The translations under genes and the position numbers were made by a program. A stretch of DNA of 64,000 nt from Phoronis australis. Taxonomy: Eukaryota > Animalia > Phoronida. This document shows, piece by piece, positions 41,501-53,400 of the stretch. The stretch spans positions 513,803-577,802 of the forward strand of contig NMRA01000024.1 of the NCBI GenBank assembly GCA_002633005.1, written 5' to 3'. The notes beneath the pieces were generated by a model, which saw nothing but the letters and a program-made list of their open reading frames with translations, was not told the origin of the DNA and searched no databases. Position 1 is the stretch's first letter, and each line of letters opens with the position of its first letter.

Positions 41501-42489
41501 TTATTATAAGGTTAGCCCCAGTCCTGTGTTCTTGCATGGCACTATTGTGTTTTTCATTATACTGTGAACAATATTGCTTGTGTTTATCACTGACCAGAAT
41601 CACTTTTAGCCAGAAAGGGTGATAATTTAGCAGTGGGCATTTTAAACTGAACAATGCCACATTTTATCTTTGGCCCCTTATTGTTTTGACACAAAAACCT
41701 CTGTTGTTGCCTGCCCAGCAGATAGGAAGTTGGTGTTGGTTTATGATTGTGCTGATAACCTGAATTCTGCTGTAGTTACTTGTTGTTAAGGGTTGGTTGT
41801 TGGAACTGAGTAAAAGTAGGCTAGGTGTCTACGGAGATTAATGTTACGTATAATAATTTATTTTAGCTATTTTTTCCAAAATCAGCAGACACTAGTTTTC
41901 AATTAGATCAAGTACTGTAAAACAAATCTCCAATTTGGAACTGAAAAATTAATTATTTTCCCCAAGGAATGAGCTTTAAACAAAATTTAGAAATGGGCAA
42001 TGTTAGACCTCACAAATTCAAGAATAATTAGCAACTACATACGATCATTGACCTTGATCTTGTAATCTATGGAGACGCATGAAAGCATGGCGACGGATTT
42101 TACAAATTTGCCAAATCTAGTTTCATATTCTGTTGACACAAAACGCTGTGTCCAATATTTGAGAAATATGAGGAACAGCAAAGTCAACCATTTCTCAATT
42201 ATTCAGAATGAAAAATTCAATTTCGGCTTAAATTTCATTGTCCCAATTTTTTGTGGCTCGCAATGTGAGGAATTTTGCTTTAGCATCATGGAATTTAACT
42301 ACTCTTTTGCCATTATAAGTAAACATAAAGGGCTTCTGTTTGTGCCTTTCTGTTTATTTAATTTTGTTTGTTTACTATGGATCTTACACAGTATTTCTCC
42401 ACAGTCTTTTTGAACATAGCGCTGTACTCTATTTTGATTTCAGTGGTTCATTTAGCACTCTGGTTGAATTCTCCTGCTCTGTTCCACTC

Positions 42490-43290
42490 TTTTTTTATGC
42501 ACCCACATATTTATATGTGGATGCATTATGCCGTCATCTCCGACGGTTGACGAGGACAACGATTTCGACCACTGGGTTGCCTCCTAGTGGCAGTTTTGTT
42601 TTTGTTGCACCTATGGCTGTATCTCCTAAACCGTTCGCAGGATCTTTACTTAATTTTAAAAGCAAGTGTATTTATGTGATGTCGACTACGGATGACGATG
42701 ACTTTCAGACAGATCTGACTACTACTGTGCCCCCTAGTGGCAACTTTAGTTTTTTACGTTTAACTCAGTATCTTCAAAGGTTCTCAACAGATTTTCATAA
42801 AATTCTAAATATAGGCATCTATTGATGTGATGAAGCTATCTTCCTGTTTTGGGGTGGAATTGAGGTATTTTGCACCACCTAGTGGCCATTTTTGCTGTTT
42901 TCAAATCTTGTTTTTTTGATGTCCACCCCTGTATCAACCAAATCATTTGAAAATTTGCATATGTGTTCTCAGTGTGAAGACGACCCTTGATGATGGTGAC
43001 TGATTACTGTGACACCTCCTAGTGGTAGTTTTGTTTTGCGCCCATAGTTGTATCTCTTAAACGCACTGTAGGATCTTTACTAAATGTAGTAAGTGTATTT
43101 ATATGAAGATAACAACAGACGACGATTTTCAGGCGGATCCAACAGACACTGTTCCCACTAGTGGCAATTTCATTTTATTCTGTTTTCCTTTGTTTCTCTG
43201 AAGTTCTTTGACAGATTTTTATGAAATACGGCATGTTCCTGTTTTTGGATGGATTGCATGTGTTTGCGCCATCTAGTGGCCATTTTTATG
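42490..43290 (+). mobile_element. Helentron/HINE-like non-autonomous element with six diverged 115-150 bp tandem subrepeats
   Basis: T-run followed by the hairpin ATGCACCCACATAT-TT-ATATGTGGATGCAT (42497-42526). Subunits each carry CTAGTGG and are arranged as two diverged trimers. The tandem structure is seen directly; the family assignment is by structural analogy and no 3' end was identified. Confidence 0.55.
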
Positions 43291-46200
43291 ATACAAATAA
43301 ATAACGCTAAAAGACGTTTTGCTCTTGTAAATTCATTAATCCACCCATTGCTTAAAGCTTTAATGTGTAAAACCTACTCTCGATTATACTTCACTGCATT
43401 CATAGAGGCCAAAGAATAAGATTTCACCAAAATGCAGGAAATGAGCTCGAAGTTTCCAAAATTCTCGGTGGTAGGCTCCCAAACCCCCTGTGAGAGAGAT
43501 GCCCTTCCATACCTACTCCGAAAGGGTTGTTTGTTTGAGAGACCTCAGGCACTCTCTAGTACAGTGAGATCGCTATAAACTGGTAATTAACACATGCATC
43601 TGCCATGTTATTTATTGCTCAGCTTTCCTATAAAGTATTGAATCGAGCTTTGCTCTCTGTACAGGTTGCCGGTGTATTTTAACCTCATACTTGAAAAAAG
43701 CTTTTTTGTATCTGAGCCCTCTTTTGTTTCCGTGTCGTTTATCTTGGAACCCTTGCGGCTTTGTCCTTTTGTGGGGGGATGTTCATTTGCACTGTTGGGT
43801 TTGTCTGTTCACTCTTCAACTCCCTGTAACGTTACTCCGTGGCAGCTGTCCCTGAAGTAGTTTAAGGGTTCGTTTTACAAGTACGCTGTGCTGTTAGCTA
43901 TTGACTGGGTGAAATTTGATGGTGTAATTGTATTCAAAAGAGTGCCATGTTTTCAAATGGAAAGACTCCTTTGGTGGCCTGGTTACTGTTTTGTGCCATT
44001 ACCTTTCTTTTTAGTAATGATTTAGAAACTTAACAAAGACGGCAGGTCAGAGTTGTGTCGTGTGATGCGTATGGTGGGGGAAACTGAGAGTGATGTTTGT
44101 TAGCAAGGATCATCCCTATTTCCAAAAAAGAAAGTCACTTGATGCCAGGTGAAATGGGTCGAGATTCTGCTCGTTTGCTAGTGACATCTGGTGTCAGCTG
44201 AATGGGTTGAGACTCTTTTTTTTCCAGCCTCACCTGATGCCATCTGTGATGGGACAGGTTATTTATTAGAGGTGCAAATTTCAAAATGATTCTGGCGCAG
44301 ATTAAAACCAGTCGCATTGTTGTTGGCCTAATCTTTTTAAAATTTTTTGCTCAAAGAGTCTTTATTATATGTGGTTTTGAATTCCGTACGCTCCGGCTTT
44401 GTTCAACCCTTCAACAGAGAAATGCCACTACTACTCTCATGACGTTTCATTCAAAATACATATGTGCTGGCAATTAATGAAAACAATCGTACCTGCTTTA
44501 ATTTTCTGTTTGCCAATTAAACTCCCTGTAACGAAATTTAAGGTTATTTTTTCTTTAAAACATCACTCACTATTTCAGATTGCACTGAACCTAACACCGT
44601 TTTCTTTGTCTTCATTTCTGTGGTCAAAATCAAAATCGAGGAGTAAAATTTCAGATTGTTATGGTCTATGACCTTGATTGATCTGATTCTTAAGGTGTTG
44701 GCAGACACGAGCTGGCCTGTCAGATTCCTGTCACCAGTTTGCTGGACATGCCCAGGTGTTAAAACATCTCCTATAGCTGGGGAATTCTATCCCGTTTTGA
44801 CCTTCTTAATTGTTAACTGAATAAGCAAGTTTCATGTACTTCAGAGAATCATCGCATTTTATGAATTTATGCCGTGTTTAGTATAAACGGTGTTGGGAAT
44901 TCCACCGATGTCTAGCAATTTTCAAGACTTGCAATGAATGTCTTGTGCAACGTCTGTGCTACTTATACTTTCCTCATCCACCTAGTGTTCTAGTTAACCT
45001 TGCAATTTGTTCAGATTCTTATTAATTAGATGCCATTTAATTAGATAACAATATATCATCTTATAATTTGGACATTTTTTCAAGCTTGGCAATACGAAAA
45101 GAGTTTTTGCCAGTTTTCAGCAGGTGAATTAATCATTCCACACTAACGTTGAGGGCTGGCTTGGAATTTTCCACTTTCAAGAGTATTTCTTCTTTTTTGG
45201 TTTCGATTTCCTCTTGTTTGATTTTTCTTTTTCATCTCTTTTTTATCATTATTTTTCACTTTATTCATGCAAAACTATTTATTTCAGTTTAATTTTATGA
45301 CATAAAATATTTCTAACACACAAACCTATTCATTTGTGGACGGACACATCACCGGGACAATTTTGGCAATCGATTTTGTGGAAAAGAATTGAAGGTCTAC
45401 CTGATGTATCAGACTCAGTTTGAATGTCCTCATTTTTGGTTGGTATATGTGAAACACTGGTGAACCTAGGATGGCTATTTTTGGAGGGAAAGTTTTGGTT
45501 ATGTCCTACAAACAGCATGCAGACGGTTATTTTTGGTTGTACCAGGAGGGGNACTATTAAAACTATCACCGTCCTAACACAATGTTGGTTGTGAAGAAGG
45601 AAGTCTGATGCTGCCACATGGCTGTTCTCACTGGTGGACGAAGCCATTGTTGCAGGGCAGCACTCGCAAAAAATCTCAGCCTCTAACTTAACAATACTTT
45701 TTTTCTGTGAATTCAGTTCAGCAAAATGTCCCGATATATACTTTGCTGTAGTAGGACCTGTGCGAAAACAGTTTGGAAAAATCCCCTCGCTTTGTAGAGT
45801 GTGGCGTCTTCTGAAAAGTGTCGGCCAGCATGAGAGATTTGAATCTTGTTGTAAAAACCTGAATCACTGCCAAACCCATGACCGCCTCAGCCTCTCAAGG
45901 CTAATATGGGGTTGATGGTCATTGAAAGTATATAGCTATTACCCTAAAGCTTCTAATTGAACTTCAAACAGAAGTAATATTGCAGACCTGTTCCAGACCT
46001 GTCCTCTGTTGGAGACCAGCATATTGAGATTTAGACTGCACTCTGAAGATGTAAGAATCCTGCAAAAACTCGCATGATATTGCCCTGTATTGCAAGCAAA
46101 GCACTTGATTACAGCGGCTTCTCTCTTCTCATGGTTGTCTTGGACAAAGGGAATACAGCCCCGGTGTTTAGAGGCTTAATTTAGAATGATGGACAGTAAA

Positions 46201-46422
46201 AAATCAACAACTTGTATTTAATATCTGGGCTTGTTTTGGAAAACCACGGATTATTAACTTTAACCTGTGTTTTCCTGAGGCTGTTGTTGTGTCATACAGT
46301 TTTTCCATTATATATTTTGCATTGTTCTACGCTCCTGTAATGATTTCTCGGTCACTTTGATGGACCCGAAGAACGTTAAGTGGCCCACAAAAATGTAGAA
46401 AGCAGTTCCACCAGGGCACAGT

Positions 46423-46566
46423 CATGGGCGGTGCACCATAGGGGGCTGGCTTGCTATAGCCCCCCACTTTTTTAGTGCTACGCCGCACATGGTCTATAGG
46501 CAGTGCACCACAGGAGGGCTGAGGGGGTTTTAACCCCACACTTTTTTCAGTGCCATGCCGCCCATG
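46423..46566. mobile_element. GC-rich MITE, second copy in inverted orientation
   Basis: CATGGGCGG...CCGCCCATG termini. The reverse complement aligns along its length with 23513-23677. Confidence 0.8.
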
Positions 46567-46871
46567 CCAGTGTTTTGAAGTGTTGGGTGAACATTGCTTA
46601 GATTCTCCTCTTCTATTGTAGACATGCTTCTATTGGAAACCTGCCTTCTTTAGGAGTTTTACGGTACATTTGAACTCTACCACTGTATGTCCAGGTTCTT
46701 CACTGCTGTCATTTCAATAAGTACACTTGAGCCGAGGACGAGAGTTTCTTCAATCAGTTTACCTGCTGTTTGGCCGTTCTCGTCGCTACTTGATAACCCC
46801 TTCTTTGTAAAAATAATTACCGTGTATTTGAAGCACTATTTTGAGATTTTCTTTTTTCGAATGTTTGAATG

Positions 46872-46962
46872 GTGTTTGTGTGTGTGTGTTGTGTGTGTGT
46901 GTGTGTTTTTGTGTGTGCGTGTGTGTGTATTTGTGTGTGTGTGTATTTGTGTGTGAGTGTGT
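46872..46962. repeat. Imperfect (GT)n microsatellite
   Basis: Interrupted tgtgtg run about 170 nt upstream of the Ig1 exon acceptor. Confidence 0.9.
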
Positions 46963-47128
46963 TGATGAATTGTATTGAATGATTTTGGATCACAAAATTA
47001 AAACCAGCAAAAGATGTGGTTTACTAGTGTTTTTAAGTAATGGTTTATATGTAAATTAAAAAAATACACTAAAACTTGTTATTGGTTTTTACTGATGGAG
47101 TGTATGATATCTCTATTCTTTGTTTCAG

Positions 47129-47470
47129 GTCCATTCTATAACCAAGATGGCACGGACCGCGATGGACAGCCAGTCTTTACAGTTCAGCCAGAGAGCTTGT
47201 CTTACATCGTCAACCAAAAGTCCATCTCCATTGATTGCACAGCAGCATTTGCCACCGCCATCAACTTCAAGTGTCTGTCACGCTGGATGGACCGAGCTCT
47301 AGTGTCGTCACGCCATCTGGTGGACCCGAGTACTCGCATCGACCACATGCAGAATATCTACCGCATAACAAAAGACGACGTGGAGATGAATGATTTCTGG
47401 TGCGAGTGTTCCGCCACCAACGATGGCACAAGGCATGTTCTCAGCCAACGGGGCTACATAAAAATAGCAA
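47129..47470 (+). CDS. unc5: UNC5 coding exon 2, Ig-like domain 1
   Basis: Acceptor ttctttgtttcag, donor A|GTAAGT, 342 nt, phase 1-1. Translation PVFTVQPESLSYIVNQKSISIDCTA..INFKC..W..FWCECSA..SQRGYIKIA matches the UNC5 Ig1 pattern (YIVKNK..C.A..I.FKC..W..YWCQCVA..KSQKAYIRIA). Confidence 0.95.
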
Positions 47471-50400
47471 GTAAGTAGCATGGGGATATGTTTTCAGAGG
47501 TGGATCCAGGATCAATCCTCGTAACAGTAGGGGTTTGACGACGGGCTGGTCTTGGGACACGCCATATTCCTTAGTTGCGGCCATATGAAAGTGGATGTGC
47601 AGAACACATGGGTTCTCCTGCATCCCATCTGCTTTTGTGTTCTTTTCAGCACTAACATATTTTAATGGATTGATAGTTTCACGTTTTCACTTGGTTTATT
47701 GTAATGCCCGTTATCTGTTTTTAGTGTTTTTACTTGTTGAGTAATATGACATCATGTCTAACAAACCGTATGCATTCAAGACTATGATCCTGGTCATTGA
47801 TTTTATGCCAGTCAAAAACAACTTTTTAATCTTTTGAATTTTAGAAGAATTATTTGAAGATCAAAAAATTGGAATAGATGGGTGAATTTGCAAGATGTCA
47901 AATTTGTAACCCGAACCCGTTAGGGAAAGTTTCGAGTATTTTTTTCATTTGGCTTACAGCACCAGAAATGTTCCAGGATTTGTACCTTTGAATTTTATCA
48001 GACTGAGTCGAGACTATTGTTGGGTTCGTGTTGTAATAAATCTTCACACCTGGCGGAGCGCAGACCAGACAGAATGGTAGTCATCATAATAACACACATT
48101 TTGTTGTCAAATTTGACCCAATAATTACGAGGTAGTTCTCGAAAGTGTCTGCCTACTCATCCAGTTTGTGCCAGTAGACAATGGTGTGTCCTTTGTCCCC
48201 TGCGTTTCTGATTCAGCTCGCTCATAATTGGCTGTCATGTTTCTGGTGAATGGCCGGTTCACACCTGTCTGGGAAATCGCAGATTGGAAACATTAACGCA
48301 CCGCGTCTATTTCGCAACACAATTCCCGCTAGAAGACAAATAGACAGATCTACTGTTAAACAAACCACACAGCTTTCCCATCTCTGAATTACTGGCCACC
48401 ATAGCCATTTTCACAACAAACAGTTCCCACTGTGCAAATGTTTCTAGTGGAATTACACACAAATTTCTCTGCATAATTCTCTCCTGGTCCTAATTAGCCA
48501 GTGTGCATCGGGGCTAACTCTGACTTATCCCAGCTGCAGACTTTAGAGTTTACCCATCTGTTTGCCTTCAGTCTTTACCTGGCCAGTATTGAATATCTTC
48601 TACAACCTACCACAGACCATCTTCGTTGACCATATGGTCTTGTAATAGTTGGTCATTAGGATGAGCTCAGTGCTAAATGTTCACTTTTTAATTAAGTTAA
48701 GGTGTTGAAATGTTGCTTTTCCTAATTGCTAGTTTCTAAAGAGTTCAGGTGAGCCTATGTTCTTCATTACTAGTTCTGGAGTGTGGATTAGTGTTCTTAA
48801 ACTGGCTGCTTCACCCACACAAATGTTTTTACTAAAGACTTATTACACAGTATTAGACAATAATAAAAACTGCCGCCCATATAAAGATTTTGAGAATTCC
48901 ACATTTTTTATCATTTTCACTGTTCCAAATTGGAGAACCATCCAAGTAATGGGAAATTTTTAACCATTAATATGAGATCTTGATCTTGAAAAAGTAATCA
49001 GATAGTTATATGTACTGCAGTAATCTGCTCTGGTGTTCATTTGTGGACTCGCTGTAAAGATTTGTAAGTTTTTACATTTAATGGCTGGAAAATGGAGTTT
49101 TTGTCCAATCTCAACGAAACGGAGTGTTTGGAATGTTTTACCTGTTTGTTACTAGTACGTGTGGTATACAGCGTGTAGCTGGACTGTGTTCAGTTGAGGC
49201 AAGAATTTTGCGAGTAAACCTAGTGTGATTTTGGGTTTCTCTTGCAATGCTTCGCGTTATCTCACAAAGTCTTCCATTGTCTCCTTTTGTCACGAGTTTC
49301 TTGTGTCGTTTGCTGTCATGTTACCCCTCTGAATTGAAAAAAATGTCAATTTTAACTCAATAAAATGTCCAATGCGAAGATCACTTTTTTCCAAGCTGTG
49401 CTTTAGAAGCTCTGTGTGGTACCATTTCCATACATCATCACTTAACACTCTCATGACCCCTGAATGTAAACACCCCTGATTTCTCACACAGGCAACCTGC
49501 TGACTGTCACTCTACACCCAGCATGGTGCCACTAGACCACCTGCAGGTTGTTTCTCTGGGGCAAACAACTCTTTCATTATCAGTCAGGCCTTGGGGGATG
49601 TCTGCCATATTCCCCTATCAGCTGCATTTTTTGCCTGATTGATTTGAATTCTACGGGTTGTGAAATTTCCCAGTGAGTTGAATAAAGTTTGCGTGAGGTG
49701 TTCGTTGCATGAGGCATTGTTTGTTGGAGGTCCAGTTGTGAAAGGATTTAGGACCTAATATATTTGTTTCTGTGTTCTTAATTGCAACACTACAAGCATT
49801 GCATTTTTTGTGAATAAGTTGCTGACCAGTTTTTTGTAACAGAATTGTGCCGTCTTTGTTGTGTTACAAGTATTTTTGCTGTGTCTCTCAATTCAACAAG
49901 CCCGAAACCATTCCAAAACTTCTTCTATTTCAAACATCCACATTTATGCTGGGGTTATGGGTTATGTTAGGCACAGCGTCATGTTGGCCATTCATAAATA
50001 TCCTCACGAAACTACTTGGACCAAATGTAAAAGAATCAGCTCTTGGTTGATAATTCCAAATTTTGTTAGTCCCAGGCAGTGACTAACATAATGTCTCTGA
50101 AGTTAGGCTGAAGTCCAACATAGGAAAGATCCCTCCAGCTCAGTTTGACATCAATTAGAGGATGGAATCTCCATTTGGACTTAAGTCTGCAGCTCCTGTT
50201 GCTTATGAGCATCAAGTTCATCAGAAACCCCAGTTGCCACTGTGATATCAATTTGGCAGATAAACAAGACCTCATCAGAGATGGAGCCCAGGGCCTGGAT
50301 GAATAACCAGAGAGCCACTCTTAATCTGCTTTAATCTTTACTCTGCTATTATTGTGACTGACAGTTGTGGCCCAAGGACATCACCATGCTGGTTATCTCA

Positions 50401-53400
50401 CATGGAACTAATTAACTTGTTGCCCCATTTCCCAGCCCCCTTGTGGGACTTTTCCCTGTGTCCATTGCCTAACTTGAAGTTTCTTGCTAATTTGACAATG
50501 AGTTGTTTGCACAACATTACATGGTTGTCCCATTTCCCAGACCCCTCCGCGGGTTCTATACTCTCTCTCGCCACCCCAGGCAAGTGGTTGAATCATGATG
50601 CACTTCAAATTAACCCATTTCCTAACCTTCATGGAAGCGGACCCCCTTTTGCCAACTCCATGGAAGTGCCCTCCCATGGTTTCTGTTGTATTCTTTAAAT
50701 TGGATGTTGACTTAGTATTTTCTTAAAATACCAGGTCACTTGTCTCTGGCAATTCTGGAAATAACATTTCAGAGATCCACTAAATCGTGGCTTATTGTCT
50801 ATGGCAGTTTGTAGCATTACAGACAGTTGACATAATCACTGTTCTATACATAGCAGCAGCAATATTCCTGTACCGCACCTTTGCACAGTTAGCACATAAA
50901 AAATAAAAAGGCTCAAGTGCATTGCAGTAGTGCGCCTACAGGCACATCTTTCAAAATGCACCAACCTCCCACAAATTCAAGATTCTAGTCAACTTACAGC
51001 CAGTGTGTTTGCATTCCATCACAGCTGAACAGTTGGTTTGAAGTCTTTATCAGATTGCATTAATGTACTGAATTTTTAAATAAAAAAGCAACGTTTACAT
51101 GAACATGACTCGGTTCTTATTTCAATTGCTCTCGAGGGTTTCTGTTTCATATATTACCAGTCTAATTACGTGCTTGGCACAACTATTTGAAACAAGCACA
51201 CTTTTTATCATCAGGTGTGCCCAAGGGGCAAAGGCTCAAACCTGGTCAGGAATATGCCTGCAGTAACTTAAAGCCCATGTTCTGTCAAAGCACTTAACTT
51301 TCGGTTTAGACCTTAGACCACCTACTGCTCTAAAAGAGTCTCAACTTGTTCATTACTCAGGTGAGAAGTGCTGTCTGGGTTTGTAAGGAACTGACAGCAT
51401 GTTTGCACACAGCCTAAAAATGGGGGGGCGGGGCTCAAATTTTTGAGAATGTGGACATTTTACTTAAAAAAGTGGTACGTTCAGAGTTATGAATTGTGCA
51501 TTCGCCAAATTATGGGTAGTTTCTGCCTTTTTAGTCTTACTTTTGTCTCGTTTTCTACTTTTTTCGACAAGTGGTCCAAATTGATTTTTTTTTGTAGTGA
51601 AAGGTGGGTTTATAGCCGTTTTAAGCCTGGACGTGGTTCATTGATCAATTTGTGTTCATTTGTGTTCATTTGTGGCGAAAAGTTACGTACCATGTGTAAC
51701 ATACTTCACACTCTGTTCAATTTCACCATAAAACACTAAAGAACCAACTGGGACACTTCCGCAGATGTTTTTCACAGTTGCCCTGACCATGACTACATGT
51801 CAGAGGCCAGTTTCTATTGGAAGCATTGCTGTAAACCGCAGCTTCGACTGCATTTTCTGTACATCGAGTTGGGATGAAGTTATGACAAGATTAGCGTGTC
51901 AATTAGTCTTGCCAAATTTTCCTGATGTTATCTTCAGAGATTCACTTAAAATTAACAGATTGCTACTTGACCCAAGATGTCCGTTGAGGTTCTAATTTGA
52001 CGAGGTTTGCAATTACCATGCATGGCAGTTCTTGCGCTCTTCTGGGTGCATTACCTAATACAATTCCTTTCTCATGATTAAATTTACCCATTCATTCAAT
52101 TCTTTTACCTATTACTACTGTATAATGACCTTATAGACGACTAACGTCAATCATTTTAGAGTCGGCAAAACAGTTTTTCTTTTCTGGACATAATGTGGGG
52201 TTCTTTTATAAATTTGGGGTAAAATGGTGGACATTTTTAGTGAAATTCTTGATGCGAAAATAAATAAATCGAGTCTTACTTCAAACTTGTCCCAACTTAG
52301 ACTACCGTAAGCCGACCAGTTCCTCCTACCAAGGAGTAGCAACTGTCTGGTTCCTTACTTTTGAGAAACGGTTCCCAAATACTTATTATGAAAGTATCTT
52401 TGTGATGCAGAAACATTAGGCAGATCTTTCATTGGATTGGTTTTGTGAATACATTTCCTATCAAGTTGCATAACTCGTGTTGTTGACAGTTCCAGCAGTT
52501 GTGTTTCCCATCGGAGCAAGAACTGCTGGACAATGTTAGCTTCACTTGGCACACTCGCTTTTCCGTCAATTGTTTTTCATTGTATTACTTTGTTGGGATG
52601 AATATTTGTTGTCAGTGAGAATAATTATGGCACGCTGACTTGTTCATCAAACCAGCGTAAGCTTGTTGATCAGTAAGGAAAGTCATGAGAAACAAATTTG
52701 CAACTAAATATCTGTGTTCACTCTTGTGTAAAGATACTGATGTCAAAGGAATGGCTTGGCTGGACACATGTCTGACAACTAATGTAAGATAAATGAACCC
52801 AAAATTAGCCCAATGTTTTCTAATCCTGTGTCAGTGCAAGAACTTAATTGGCATCTATTCTACAGTGAATGGTAGGCACAGCATTAGTTCACTCACTGGT
52901 CAGGATATGTGTAACAACGGAGAGTTCACTATCATTGGTGCACAAGTTTGAATTTTTGAAACTGTTTTTCATACCTTTTTGCAGACCGTTTAGAACCAAT
53001 ATGTTTTTTTACTTTTTTCTTTCTTCCATTGGTTGAATTATTTGGTTTTACTCAAGTTATATGATTGACCTTTCACTTTTGTTCAGCTAACGAGGAATTG
53101 CTATAATCATTGGCCTGTTTTTTTCTCATTGTTTCAAACAGCATCACAGAACATGTGCCTCTTGTTTTACAAACATTGAGGAAATTGACAGAAATGAGTT
53201 GTAGATGGGTATTGATTAGCAATTGATCTGCTAATAAGTCAGCGCTCATCACTAACTAGCACTTAATAAGATTATTGACTGGACTGCCGTGTGTATAGTG
53301 TGCAGTGGTGTGTATGCGGTCTTATCTGGTTTATGGCCGACTTTATCTCTGGCGAAAGTATTTCTTCTGAAGTCCAACTGTAACAAGGATATTGACATGA

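Noticed and set aside
42069-42825. Longest non-UNC5 ORFs (114 and 161 aa)
   Set aside because: The 161-aa ORF runs through the tandem-repeat element, and its repeated PPSG peptide is simply the CCTAGTGG motif translated. The 114-aa ORF has no recognisable domain.
42577-43279. Regularly spaced short repeats as a possible CRISPR-like array
   Set aside because: Eukaryotic intron, spacers are homologous to each other and too long, repeats are too short, and there are no cas genes.
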